Assembly: GCA_049325335.1 (NCBI GenBank)
Contig: JBMOMC010000043.1
Coordinates: 181,852-245,851, forward strand
Reading direction: 5' to 3'
Length of the DNA: 64,000 bases
DNA from: Nitrospirota bacterium
GTDB taxonomy: Bacteria > Nitrospirota > Nitrospiria > 2-01-FULL-66-17
Position 1 is the stretch's first letter; the number at the start of each line of letters is the position of its first letter. This document shows, piece after piece, positions 20,177 through 30,352 of the stretch. Under the pieces are notes generated by a model, which did no database searches, was not told the DNA's origin, and saw only the letters and a list, made by a program, of their open reading frames with translations. Made by a program: the position numbers and the translations under genes.

Positions 20177-21025
20177 ATGCCCTACTCCGCCTCGCGATCG
20201 AAGCGTCTGTGGTTGGTCGCACTGGGGGTGGTGGCGGTCGTGGCGGCGGCCCTCCTTCCCAATTGGCAACAACGAACCGTTCCCGCAGGGTTACGCCCGT
20301 TGGCCGCGCCGTTTATTGCGGTTGAACGGCTGTTGTCCGGAACCGCGGAAGGGATCCGCCAAGCTTGGTCCCGCTACGTGGCATTGACCGCGCTGCAGGA
20401 CGCGAACCGGGCGCTTCAGGCGGACGTGGACCGGTTGACGCGCGAACGGGACGTGTTGTACGAAACCGCGGCCGAAAACCGACGATTAATCGGGTTGCTC
20501 GATTTTCGCGCTGCGCTCGGGGTGGACACCTACGGCGCGCGGGTGATCGGCCGGAGTCCGTCGCGGTGGTATCAGTCCGTCACGATCGACCGCGGCGGAA
20601 ACGCCCAAGCGGTGGTGGACATGGGCGCCGCGGTGGCCGGGGGGGTCGTCGGGACGGTGATGAAAGTGTTGCCGTCGGCCTCGGTGGTGCTGTTGATCAC
20701 CGACCGTCAAAGCGCGGTGCCGGTGCTGGTGCAGCGGACTCGGGAACAAGGGATTGTCGAAGGCACCATCGCCGGACGGCTTCGTATGAAATATTTGCCG
20801 CCGTCCTCGCAGATTCGCGAGGGGGACGTGTTGTTGACGTCCGGCCTCACTGCGTCGTTTCCCAAGGGGCTCCCGGTGGGCACGGTGACGCGGGTGGAGC
20901 GCCCCGAGGGGGCGTTGTTTCCCGACGTGGAGGCGTTCCCCGCCGCGGATCTCGCCTCCCTTGAAGAAGTGGTGCTGTTCGCGCCCGCTCCGGATGTCCA
21001 GGATGCCGACCGTGTGGATCCGTAA
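20177..21025 (+). CDS. mreC: Rod shape-determining protein MreC
   Basis: TM plus coiled coil ENRRL..LL, IDRG, LLTSG...FPKGLPVG; follows mreB. Confidence 0.9.
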   Translation: MPYSASRSKRLWLVALGVVAVVAAALLPNWQQRTVPAGLRPLAAPFIAVERLLSGTAEGIRQAWSRYVALTALQDANRALQADVDRLTRERDVLYETAAENRRLIGLLDFRAALGVDTYGARVIGRSPSRWYQSVTIDRGGNAQAVVDMGAAVAGGVVGTVMKVLPSASVVLLITDRQSAVPVLVQRTREQGIVEGTIAGRLRMKYLPPSSQIREGDVLLTSGLTASFPKGLPVGTVTRVERPEGALFPDVEAFPAADLASLEEVVLFAPAPDVQDADRVDP

Positions 21026-21599
21026 CCCGAGGGAGGCCGCCGACAAGTCGGACCGGCGGCGACGGTGGTGGTGGATCGCGGCGCTCGCGCTGGTGGTGCC
21101 GATCCAAGGCGCGCTGGCGTCCGTCGCGGCCATCGGAGACGCGGCCCCCGATCTTCCGCTGGTGGTGGTCGCGCTGTTTGCGTTGGGCCAGCGCCGCGTT
21201 ACCAGCGTGGCGGCCGGGGCAGCGGTGGGCGCATTGGTGGACGTGTTGTCCGCGGGCGCCGGCTCGTTTCACCTGGTGACGTACGCGGCGTTGGCGTTCT
21301 GTGCCGCGTCGGTCGGGCGGGTGACGGCGAACGTGCGGCTAGCGACGGCCGTGAGCGTGGTGGCGGCATGTTCGGTCGCGTTGGGAATCGCGTACTCCGT
21401 GACCGGGCCGCCCGTGGAACGGGCCGACGACATGATCCGATGGTGGGGATGGACGCTGGCGCCGCAGGTGGCGTATAACACGGCAATCGGGGCGGGCCTC
21501 TTTGCGGTCCGGACCTGGCGGCGTCCGCCCGCTCAACGCGTGGGTGGTGAACGGGATGACCTCTTCTCCTCAGGACGATTTCAAGGACTTATACGATAG
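21012..21599 (+). CDS. mreD: Rod shape-determining protein MreD (start approximate)
   Basis: Hydrophobic, PDL.LV motif, G.LVD.LS; lies between mreC and mrdA. Confidence 0.7.
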   Translation: MWIRNPREAADKSDRRRRWWWIAALALVVPIQGALASVAAIGDAAPDLPLVVVALFALGQRRVTSVAAGAAVGALVDVLSAGAGSFHLVTYAALAFCAASVGRVTANVRLATAVSVVAACSVALGIAYSVTGPPVERADDMIRWWGWTLAPQVAYNTAIGAGLFAVRTWRRPPAQRVGGERDDLFSSGRFQGLIR

Positions 21600-23433
21600 G
21601 ATCACCTGGGGCGTGGTGGCGATCGTCGCGCTGCTGGGGTTGCTGGCGCTTCGCGCATGGTACCTTCAGGTCGTTGACGGCGAGACGTATCGCGCGCTGG
21701 CCGAGACCAACCGCGTGCGCACGGTCAGCGTGCTGCCGCAACGGGGACTGATTTTCGATCGTCGCGGCCGACTGCTGGTCAACAACACGCCGGGATTTAC
21801 GGCCTATGTGGTCACCGAAGACGCGCCCAACCCCATTGATCCGCTGATTGCGCGGCTCGCCGCCTATCTCGGACTGTCCGAGGACGACATCCGGGCACGC
21901 ATCCAGGAACGCCGGAGCGCCGGCGCGTTGACCCCCATACCCATCAAGGCCCATCTCACCTTGAAAGAAGTGGCCTTGATTGAATCCCACCGTTTCGAGC
22001 TTCCCGGGGTCAAGATCGAGGTGGAGGCGCAGCGAAACTACCTGTACGGGCCGTGGGCCGCGCACTTGCTCGGCTACGTCAACGAGGTCTCGGCGGCGCA
22101 ACGCGCCACGGAGGAGTTCGCGAACCTTCCGCTGGGCATGCAGACGGGACAGGCCGGCGTCGAATTGGCCTACGACAGCGCGTTGCGCGGCGTGCCCGGG
22201 GAAAAAGGCGTCGAGGTCGATGCCTTGGGACACGAGCGCCACGTGGTACGCGAAACGCCGCCCACCCAGGGCAATGATCTGTATCTCACGATCGACGCGG
22301 AGACGCAGGTGGCTGCGGAGGCCGCGTTGACCGACAAAGCGGGCGTGGTGGTCGCCCTGGATCCGACTAACGGCGACGTCTTGGCCATGGCGAGCCACCC
22401 GGATTTCGACCCCAACCACTTGTCGGGCGGGCTGACCGCGTCGTCTTGGGCCGCGCTGGTGGACGACCCGGGCCGTCCGTTGAATAATCGGGCGATCCAA
22501 GGGCAGTACCCGCCGGGTTCCACGTTTAAGATCGTGGTGGCCGCGGCCGCGCTGGAGCGGCGGGCCGTGACCGCGAACACCCAAAAGGCGTGCGCCGGAG
22601 GCAAATTTTTCGGGAACCGAACCTTCCGCGACTGGAAGGCGGGCGGGCACGGGATCGTGGACCTGCATCGCGCATTGGTGGAGTCGTGCGACGTGTACTT
22701 CTACGAAGTGGGCGATCAACTGGGCATCGATGCCATCGCGGAATTTGCGCGGGCGTTCGGGTTGGGCGAGCCGACCGGCATTCGGTTGGCGTCCGAGAAA
22801 AAGGGCCTCATCCCGTCCACGGAATGGAAGTTGGCGGCGCGTCGCGAGCCGTGGTACCCGGGCGAAACCCTGTCCGTGGCGATCGGCCAAGGGTACGTGA
22901 GCGCCACGCCGCTGCAAATGGCGGTGATGATCGGGACCGTGGCCACGGGCGGCGATCGGTACCAGCCCCGGTATGTCCGGGAGATCCGCAATCGCGACGG
23001 GACCACGACCGTGACGGAGTCCGCGGCCCACGACCGTGCGGCCGTCAGCCCGCGCACGTTCGCCGTATTGCGGGACGCGCTCAAGGGCGTGGTGGTGGAG
23101 ACCGGCGGGACCGCGCACTCAGCCCGGTCCACCGTGGCGGACATCGCGGGCAAAACCGGCACCGCGCAGGTGGTCGGCATGGCGCCGGGCAGCCGCGGAC
23201 CCAAGGTCGCGCATTTGGAGGATCACGCGTGGTTCGTGGCGTTTGCGCCCGCCGACCAACCCCGCATCGCGGTGGCGATATTGGTGGAACACGGCGGCCA
23301 CGGCGGGACCGCGGCGGCTCCGATCGCCAAACGCGTGATCGAAGCGTATTTGGGGCCGCCGTCCGGGCCGGAGGAGGCCGACGTGGCGGGCCGCAACGCC
23401 GCGCAGAGGAGTAACGCGGGTGCGCCTGGTTAA
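21556..23433 (+). CDS. mrdA: Penicillin-binding protein 2
   Basis: RGLIFDR, YPPGSTFK (SxxK), SCD, AGKTGTAQ. Confidence 0.95.
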   Translation: MTSSPQDDFKDLYDRITWGVVAIVALLGLLALRAWYLQVVDGETYRALAETNRVRTVSVLPQRGLIFDRRGRLLVNNTPGFTAYVVTEDAPNPIDPLIARLAAYLGLSEDDIRARIQERRSAGALTPIPIKAHLTLKEVALIESHRFELPGVKIEVEAQRNYLYGPWAAHLLGYVNEVSAAQRATEEFANLPLGMQTGQAGVELAYDSALRGVPGEKGVEVDALGHERHVVRETPPTQGNDLYLTIDAETQVAAEAALTDKAGVVVALDPTNGDVLAMASHPDFDPNHLSGGLTASSWAALVDDPGRPLNNRAIQGQYPPGSTFKIVVAAAALERRAVTANTQKACAGGKFFGNRTFRDWKAGGHGIVDLHRALVESCDVYFYEVGDQLGIDAIAEFARAFGLGEPTGIRLASEKKGLIPSTEWKLAARREPWYPGETLSVAIGQGYVSATPLQMAVMIGTVATGGDRYQPRYVREIRNRDGTTTVTESAAHDRAAVSPRTFAVLRDALKGVVVETGGTAHSARSTVADIAGKTGTAQVVGMAPGSRGPKVAHLEDHAWFVAFAPADQPRIAVAILVEHGGHGGTAAAPIAKRVIEAYLGPPSGPEEADVAGRNAAQRSNAGAPG

Positions 23434-24538
23434 ATCGCGTCTCGGGGTCTTGGACTGGAAGGTGTTGGCCGTCATCGCCTGTATCCTCGCGGCGGGTGTG
23501 GCCACTATCTATAGCGCCACCGTCCATCAATCCGGCCAGCCGTCGGTGGTGTACCTGAAACAGACGGCCTGGATCGGCCTCGGGGTGCTGGTCTTTACCG
23601 TGACCGCGCTGATCGACTACCATACATTGGCCCGATATGCCTACGTCGGATACGGCGCGATCCTGCTGTTGTTGGTCGCGGTGTTCGTGGTCGGCCGCGT
23701 GGGGATGGGCGCGCAACGATGGATTTCCCTGGGGCTGTTCGACGTCCAACCGTCCGAGCTCGCCAAGTTGGTGCTGATCGTGGTCCTCGCCCGGTATTGC
23801 GCGGACACCACGGTCAAAGGCGGGTTGGGCCCGACCCAACTGGTGCCACCGCTGCTGCTGGCGCTCGTGCCCATCGCGCTCATCATGAAACAGCCGGATT
23901 TGGGCACGGGACTGACCCTGCTCGCCATTACCGGGGCCATGATCCTGTTGGTGGGGGTCCGGTATCAGTCGATCGTCTTTTTGGCCTTGTTTGGCCTCAT
24001 GATGTTTCCGTTCGTGTGGAATGTGTTCTGGCAATCGCTCAAGGGATACCAGCGCAATCGGTTGCTCACCTTCGTGAACCCCAGCTCCGACCCGTTGGGC
24101 ACCGGGTATCACGTGGCGCAATCCAAGATCGCGATCGGATCGGGCGGGGTGTGGGGCAAGGGGTTTTTCGGGAGCACGCAGAGCCAGCTCAACTTTCTGC
24201 CGGAGGGCCACACGGATTTCATTTTCGCGGTGTTCGCCGAGGAGTGGGGATTCATCGGGGTGCTGGCACTCTTCGCCCTGTACGGATTCTTGTTGTATTG
24301 GGTCATGGAAACGGCGTATAAGGCCAAGGACCGCTTGGGCGCGTTCCTGGTAATCGGGGTCGCGGCCATGTTGGTGTTTTCCCTGGTCGTGAACATCGGG
24401 ATGACGCTCGGCATCATGCCGGTGGTCGGCGTGCCGTTGTTGTTGATGAGTTATGGGGGATCGTCGATGCTGACCGTGTTCGCGGCGCTCGGTCTGGTCC
24501 TCAACGTTCGTTTGCGGCGATTTATGCTGTTTTACTGA
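23420..24538 (+). CDS. rodA: SEDS protein RodA
   Basis: GAQRWI, QPSE.AK, QPDLGT, LPE.HTDFIF, SYGGSS. Confidence 0.95.
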   Translation: MRLVKSRLGVLDWKVLAVIACILAAGVATIYSATVHQSGQPSVVYLKQTAWIGLGVLVFTVTALIDYHTLARYAYVGYGAILLLLVAVFVVGRVGMGAQRWISLGLFDVQPSELAKLVLIVVLARYCADTTVKGGLGPTQLVPPLLLALVPIALIMKQPDLGTGLTLLAITGAMILLVGVRYQSIVFLALFGLMMFPFVWNVFWQSLKGYQRNRLLTFVNPSSDPLGTGYHVAQSKIAIGSGGVWGKGFFGSTQSQLNFLPEGHTDFIFAVFAEEWGFIGVLALFALYGFLLYWVMETAYKAKDRLGAFLVIGVAAMLVFSLVVNIGMTLGIMPVVGVPLLLMSYGGSSMLTVFAALGLVLNVRLRRFMLFY

Positions 24539-24597
24539 GCCCCGATGGGGCCGGGCGGCCCGTGTTCCGACGGGGCCTGCGAGGGTGGGAGCGTGCA

Positions 24598-26211
24598 ATG
24601 GGGATCGAGATCGTGATCGATCCGTCGCGCGAAGAAACGCGCGTGGCGGTGCTGGAACAGCAAGTGCTCACCGAGTTGTACATCGACCGCAAACGTGATC
24701 GCGGCATGGTGGGCAACGTGTACAAAGGGCGGGTCGTCAAAGTGTTGCCCGGCATGCAGGCCGCGTTCGTGGACATCGGCGTGGAGCGGGCCGCGTTTCT
24801 CTACGTGGCGGATATCGCGACCGAGTCCGGCGGTCCGCCGCCATCCGCCGATTCCCAGGACGCGAGCGACAACGGGAATGGGGACGAGGCCGACGCCGGA
24901 CCCGACGCGACCAAACTCGACGAGACCGGCGACGTCGGCGAGCGCGACGGGGAGGCCGGCGAAGACGACGAAGAAACGACCAAGGCCGCTCCAAGGCCGC
25001 GCCGGGTGCTCCGCTCCATCGAGGAACTGCTCCGCGAAGGACAAGAAGTGGTGGTGCAGGTGACCAAGGACCCGATCGGCACCAAGGGGTGCCGCGTGAC
25101 CACGTATCTCTCGTTTCCCGGCCGGTACTTGGTGTTCATGCCGACGGTCAACCACATCGGGATCTCTCGTCGCATCGACGATGACGCGGAACGCGCTCGG
25201 TTGCGCGAGATGATGTCCCGGTTGCGGCAACCCGGCGCCGGGTACATCATCCGGACGGTCAGCGAAGGAACCAGCGAAGACGAATTTCGGATGGATATCG
25301 AGTTTTTAGGCCGCTTATGGCAGACCATTCGCGACGAATCGCAGCGCAAATCCGCCCCGTCGCTGTTGCACGCGGATCTGGATCTCTCGCTCCGGACCGT
25401 CCGCGACCTCTTGACCAACAAGGTGGATCGGCTCACCGTGGGCAAACGCGCGGAGTATGATCGGGTCAGGCAGTTCGTGAGCACGTATTTGCCCACCCTG
25501 GTCTCCAAAATCCACCTGTACGCGCAGGACGAGCCGATTTTCGATCGGTACGGGATCGAGATCGAGATCTCCAAGGCGCTGGGTCGGCGGGTCTGGCTCA
25601 AATCCGGCGGGTACATCGTGATCGAACACACCGAGGCCCTGACGGTCGTGGACGTGAACACCGGGCGGTACGTGGGCAAGCGCGATTTGGAAGAGACGAT
25701 CCTCAAGACCAACTTGGAGGCCGCCAAGGAAATTGCGTATCAGCTTCGGTTGCGCAACATCGGCGGCATTATTATCATCGACTTCATCGATATGGAGAAG
25801 GAAAAAAACCGCGAACGCGTCTTCTCCGCGCTGCGCGACGCGCTGGCGACGGATCGCGCCCGGAGCAACATCCTCCGCATCTCGGAGCTGGGCCTGGTGG
25901 AGATGTCCCGCGAGCGCGTGCGCGAAGACCTGTTGCGCATCCTGTGCGACTCGTGCCTGTATTGCGAGCGGCGAGGCTACGTGCGGTCCGCCACCACCGT
26001 GTGTTATGAAATTTTCCGCGAGATCCGTCGGGCCGGCTCCGCCCGCGACGCGGGGAGCATCCTCGTGACCGTCCATCCCAACGTGGCGAACCTCCTGTTC
26101 GACGAAGAGCGCGACGGGGTCGAGGCGTTGGAGCGCGAATTTAACAAGCGGATCTCGATCAAGGCCGACCCCCACCTGCACCAAGAACAGTACGATCTCG
26201 TGTTGGTGTAA
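24598..26211 (+). CDS. rng: Ribonuclease G/E family
   Basis: GNVYKGRV..VLPGMQAAFVDIG, DVNTG, LRNIGGIIIIDFIDM. Confidence 0.92.
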   Translation: MGIEIVIDPSREETRVAVLEQQVLTELYIDRKRDRGMVGNVYKGRVVKVLPGMQAAFVDIGVERAAFLYVADIATESGGPPPSADSQDASDNGNGDEADAGPDATKLDETGDVGERDGEAGEDDEETTKAAPRPRRVLRSIEELLREGQEVVVQVTKDPIGTKGCRVTTYLSFPGRYLVFMPTVNHIGISRRIDDDAERARLREMMSRLRQPGAGYIIRTVSEGTSEDEFRMDIEFLGRLWQTIRDESQRKSAPSLLHADLDLSLRTVRDLLTNKVDRLTVGKRAEYDRVRQFVSTYLPTLVSKIHLYAQDEPIFDRYGIEIEISKALGRRVWLKSGGYIVIEHTEALTVVDVNTGRYVGKRDLEETILKTNLEAAKEIAYQLRLRNIGGIIIIDFIDMEKEKNRERVFSALRDALATDRARSNILRISELGLVEMSRERVREDLLRILCDSCLYCERRGYVRSATTVCYEIFREIRRAGSARDAGSILVTVHPNVANLLFDEERDGVEALEREFNKRISIKADPHLHQEQYDLVLV

Positions 26212-27338
26212 TGGGCCCCCACGCCGCGGGTCGCGATCCGTTCCGTTCTACGCTCGCCCTCACGCGGGTGCCGGGCGTGGGGTCCGTGACCTTTCGGGCA
26301 TTGGTCGCCGCGTTGGGCGACGCGGAGACCGTGTTCCGGGCGTCGCCGGCGGCCCTCACGTCGGTTCCCGGGTGCCCGCGCCACGTAGCGGACGCGGTCC
26401 GCGCGTTCGATGAGTGGGCGTGGGTGGACGCGGAATTGGGGCGCTTCGCCGATGTCGGCGGGCGATTGCTGGTCGTGGGATCGCCCGACTATCCGGTCCA
26501 CCTCGGGCGGATCCACGATCCCCCGCCCGTGCTCTACGCGCTCGGCGACCTCGCGGCCGCCGAGCGGCGCGTGATCGCGGTGGTGGGTTCGCGTCGGGCC
26601 ACTCCCTACGGCGCGGCCACTGCGGCGCGACTCGCGCGGGAGCTGGCCGGCGCCGGGTTCACGGTGGTGAGCGGCATGGCGCGTGGGATCGACGCCGCCG
26701 CGCACCAGGGCGCCATGACCGGGGGCGGGCGCACGGTGGCGGTGTTGGGCTGCGGCGTGGACGTGGCATACCCGCCGGAGATGCGCGCGCTCAAGGAGCA
26801 GGTCAAGGCGCACGGCGCGGTGCTTTCGGAATTGCCCCTGGGCGCGCCGCCGGACGCGCACCACTTTCCCACGCGCAATCGCATTATCAGCGGCATGTCG
26901 CTGGGCGTGCTCGTGGTGGAGGCGACCGCGGAGAGCGGGTCGTTGATCACCGCGCGCCTGGCGCTTGAGCAGGGGCGCGAAGTGTTCGCGGTGCCCGGCA
27001 ACGTGGGCACGGCCACGAGCGCGGGCACCAATCAACTGATCAAGGCCGGGGCGACGCTGGTGGAAACCGTGGAGGACATTCTGAGTCACGTGGCTGGCCA
27101 ATTGGGGCCCCAGGTGCCGCGCGCTGCATCCGTGGCCTCCATCGCCATCGACTTGACCGACGACGAATCACGCGTGGTGGACCTCCTCTCGTGGGAACCG
27201 TCGCACGTGGACGAATTAACCGCGCGTTCCCGCCTCGCGCCGGATCGTTTGGCCGAAGTGTTGCTGGGTCTTGAACTCAAGGGCGCGGCGCGACAAGTTC
27301 CGGGTCACTGCTATATTCGCCAATCCGGGGTGCCGTGA
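26211..27338 (+). CDS. dprA: DNA-processing protein DprA
   Basis: VVGSR, VSGMARGID, FPTRNRIISG, SGSLITA, GREVFAVPG. Confidence 0.95.
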   Translation: MGPHAAGRDPFRSTLALTRVPGVGSVTFRALVAALGDAETVFRASPAALTSVPGCPRHVADAVRAFDEWAWVDAELGRFADVGGRLLVVGSPDYPVHLGRIHDPPPVLYALGDLAAAERRVIAVVGSRRATPYGAATAARLARELAGAGFTVVSGMARGIDAAAHQGAMTGGGRTVAVLGCGVDVAYPPEMRALKEQVKAHGAVLSELPLGAPPDAHHFPTRNRIISGMSLGVLVVEATAESGSLITARLALEQGREVFAVPGNVGTATSAGTNQLIKAGATLVETVEDILSHVAGQLGPQVPRAASVASIAIDLTDDESRVVDLLSWEPSHVDELTARSRLAPDRLAEVLLGLELKGAARQVPGHCYIRQSGVP

Positions 27339-27403
27339 CGCCTGGAGGGAATCGGGTATAATCCCTCCGACGAGTCTCATCCGGGAGGTCGTCCGCGGGT
27401 CGT

Positions 27404-29674
27404 ATGGGCAAATCACTGGTCATCGTTGAATCGCCGTCCAAGGCGCGCACCCTCACCAAGTACCTCGGCAAGAAGTACACGGTGATGGCGTCGGTCGGCC
27501 ACGTCAAAGATTTGCCCAAGAGCAAGTTCGGCGTGGACGTGGAGCACGATTTCGCGCCCAGTTACCAAGTGATCCGCGGCAAAAAAAAGGTCCTCGACGA
27601 CATCAAAGCCGCGGCCAAAAAAGCCGACGTCATCTACTTGGGGCCTGACCCCGACCGCGAGGGCGAAGCCATTGCCTGGCACATCGCCGAGGAGTTCAAC
27701 GGCGCCAAGGGCAAGGGGAAGGTCAAACGCGTCCTGTTTCACGAAATCACGGAGCGCGCGGTCAAACAGGCGTTGGAGCACCCGGTTGAATTAAACCTCA
27801 AGAAGGTGGATGCCCAGCAGGCGCGCCGGATCCTGGATCGCATCGTGGGGTATTCGATCAGCCCCTTGTTGTGGGACAAAGTGCGTCGCGGGCTGTCGGC
27901 GGGCCGTGTGCAGTCGGTCGCGGTCCGCATGATCTGCGAACGCGAGAGCGAGATCGCGGCGTTTCGCAGCGAAGAGTACTGGTCCATTACCGCGTTGCTG
28001 GAAGCGGGTGGTCCGCCCGCGTTTGAAGCCAAGCTGGTGAAATGGCGCGGCGAAGACCTCGCGCTGTCGAATGCCGACGCGACCACCGCGGTCGTGGAAG
28101 CGGTCCGCGCCCAGTTGTTTACGGTTCAGCAGGTCGAGAAAAAAGAACGGCGGAAGAATCCGACCGCGCCGTATACCACCAGCAAACTCCAACAGGAAGC
28201 GTCGCGTAAGCTGCGCTTCACGCCCAAACGCACTATGATGCTGGCCCAGCGCCTGTACGAAGGCGTGGAGCTGGGCAGCGAAGGCCCGGTCGGGCTCATC
28301 ACCTACATGCGAACCGACTCCACCCGTGTGTCGGCCGAGGCCCAACAGGAAGCCACTGCACTCGTGCGCGAACGATTCGGCGACGAGTACGTGCCGCAGA
28401 CGCCGAACGTGTACCGGAACAAAAAAGACGCGCAGGACGCGCATGAGGCGATTCGCCCCACCAGCGTGGCGCGCGATCCGGAACAGCTTCGTACTGTGTT
28501 GGAGCGCGACTTGTACCAACTCTACGCCATGATCTGGAAGCGCTTCGTGGCCAGCCAGATGACGCCGGCGGTCTTGGATCAGACCAAGGTGGACATCGCC
28601 GCGGGCGAGGCCGTGTTCCGCGCCACCGGCTCGGTGATCCGGTTCCCGGGATTTACCGCGTTGTACACCGAATCGACGGAAGCCACCGCGGCCACCAAGG
28701 CTGACGATGAAGACGAGGAGCGTCGCCTACCCCCCTTGCAGCAAGGCGATCGGTTGTCGCTGCGCGAGCTCACGCCGAAGCAGCACTTTACCCAGCCGCC
28801 GCCGCGCTTCAACGAAGCCATGCTGATCAAGGAACTGGAGGAGCAGGGCATCGGGCGTCCGAGCACGTACGCGTCGATCATCTCCACCATCCAGGATCGC
28901 AAATACGTGGCCAAGGTGGAGGGCCGCCTCAAGCCCACGGAATTGGGCGTGGTGGTCAACGACCTGTTGGTCCAGCACTTCCCGTCGATCGTGAACGTTG
29001 AGTTCACCGCGAAGATGGAAGAGGATCTCGATCAAATCGAGGAGCACGACAAGTCCTGGGTGGAGACGGTCCGCGAGTTTTACGGTCCGTTTGAGGGTCA
29101 CCTCTCGAAGGCGACCCAGGAAATGCGGAACGTCAAGCGCGAGGAACAGCCCACCGATATCGTGTGCGAGCGGTGCGGCAAGAATATGGTGATCAAGTGG
29201 GGCCGCAACGGCCGGTTCCTGGCGTGCCCCGGGTACCCCGAGTGCAAGAACACCAAGGAGTTCCGCGCCGAGGCGGACGGCACGATCGTGATCGTGCCTA
29301 AACAGACCGAGACCAACGAGGTGTGCGAGAAGTGCGGGGGCGCGATGGTGATCAAGACCGGCCGGTTCGGGCGGTTCATCGCGTGCTCGAACTACCCGGC
29401 GTGTAAGACCACGCGTTCATTGGGTACCGGCGTCACGTGTCCGCGCCCCAACTGCGGCGGTCAGTTGCTGGAAAAACGCACCAAAAAAGGCCGGGTCTTC
29501 TATTCCTGCGGTAACTACCCGAAGTGCGACTACGCGATCTGGGAGCGCCCGATTCCCCACGCCTGCCCACAGTGCCGCGCGCCCTTCGTGGTCGAGAAAC
29601 TGATCAAAGGCGGCGATCCGCGCCGTCGCTGCATCGCCGAAGGCTGTACCTACGAAGAAGAACCTGCTGCGTAG
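27404..29674 (+). CDS. topA: DNA topoisomerase I
   Basis: LVIVESP.KA, DPDREGE, SAGRVQS, ITYMRTDS, GIGRPSTY, C-terminal Zn ribbons. Confidence 0.97.
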   Translation: MGKSLVIVESPSKARTLTKYLGKKYTVMASVGHVKDLPKSKFGVDVEHDFAPSYQVIRGKKKVLDDIKAAAKKADVIYLGPDPDREGEAIAWHIAEEFNGAKGKGKVKRVLFHEITERAVKQALEHPVELNLKKVDAQQARRILDRIVGYSISPLLWDKVRRGLSAGRVQSVAVRMICERESEIAAFRSEEYWSITALLEAGGPPAFEAKLVKWRGEDLALSNADATTAVVEAVRAQLFTVQQVEKKERRKNPTAPYTTSKLQQEASRKLRFTPKRTMMLAQRLYEGVELGSEGPVGLITYMRTDSTRVSAEAQQEATALVRERFGDEYVPQTPNVYRNKKDAQDAHEAIRPTSVARDPEQLRTVLERDLYQLYAMIWKRFVASQMTPAVLDQTKVDIAAGEAVFRATGSVIRFPGFTALYTESTEATAATKADDEDEERRLPPLQQGDRLSLRELTPKQHFTQPPPRFNEAMLIKELEEQGIGRPSTYASIISTIQDRKYVAKVEGRLKPTELGVVVNDLLVQHFPSIVNVEFTAKMEEDLDQIEEHDKSWVETVREFYGPFEGHLSKATQEMRNVKREEQPTDIVCERCGKNMVIKWGRNGRFLACPGYPECKNTKEFRAEADGTIVIVPKQTETNEVCEKCGGAMVIKTGRFGRFIACSNYPACKTTRSLGTGVTCPRPNCGGQLLEKRTKKGRVFYSCGNYPKCDYAIWERPIPHACPQCRAPFVVEKLIKGGDPRRRCIAEGCTYEEEPAA

Positions 29675-29789
29675 CATGCGAATGGCGGCCGAAGGCTGGC
29701 CCATCCAGGTGGCGCAGCAGCCTGCTGCGTAGCATACAGATGCCTTCCGCATCACGATCCTCGCGGGCGGCGCCAGCAACCCGTTCTCA

Positions 29790-29830
29790 AAATACGAACG
29801 GCCCGGAGGGAGTGTCCCCGGGCCGTTCGT
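29790..29830 (-). terminator. Hairpin terminator between the convergent topA and csp genes
   Basis: 13-bp arms ACGAACGGCCCGG / CCGGGCCGTTCGT; short T-run on the minus strand. Confidence 0.6.
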
Positions 29831-29847
29831 GATTGTTCGCGGGAAGG

Positions 29848-30048
29848 TTAGACCTTCACCACGTTCGCTGCTTGGAGCCCTTTTGGCCCGTTCACGACCT
29901 CAAATTCCACCTCTTGACCTTCGTCCAGAGATTTGAATCCATCGCCTTGAATGGCGGAAAAGTGCACGAAGACATCATTGCCGGAATCCTGACTGATGAA
30001 GCCGTAGCCCTTGCTGCCGTTGAACCATTTCACTTTACCCTTTGCCAT
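29848..30048 (-). CDS. cspA: Cold-shock protein
   Basis: [33 protein letters not shown]. Confidence 0.95.
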   Translation of the reverse strand: MAKGKVKWFNGSKGYGFISQDSGNDVFVHFSAIQGDGFKSLDEGQEVEFEVVNGPKGLQAANVVKV

Positions 30049-30123
30049 ACAACAATCACCTCCCTTCTCGAAATATTTCGGGGGTCACCCCGAGGTTTTG
30101 ATCAGGCGGGGAATTGCGAGGCG

Positions 30124-30242
30124 AAAAAAAACCGCAGCGCATCTTGATGATGACGGCTGCGGTAACTTTCCTTCCACTCACGACCAGCACTGCCCCAACT
30201 GATAACGGAAAAAATGTACCACGGCCCGGCCGTTGACGTCAA
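30124..30242 (-). promoter_or_regulatory. csp promoter plus terminator-like hairpin in the 5' leader
   Basis: Minus strand TTGACG-18 nt-TACATT (30242-30213); stem ACCGCAGC...GCTGCGGT followed by a T-run (30163-30124). Confidence 0.55.
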
Positions 30243-30352
30243 CCGCGAGTCCGAACGCGACCGAGCGGCTCTCGTGGTTTGACCTTTCGGTCCGGCTCAG
30301 GTAGAACCACGCGCATGCGACGTGACGCGATCACCAGCGTTCCCGCGGGCCG

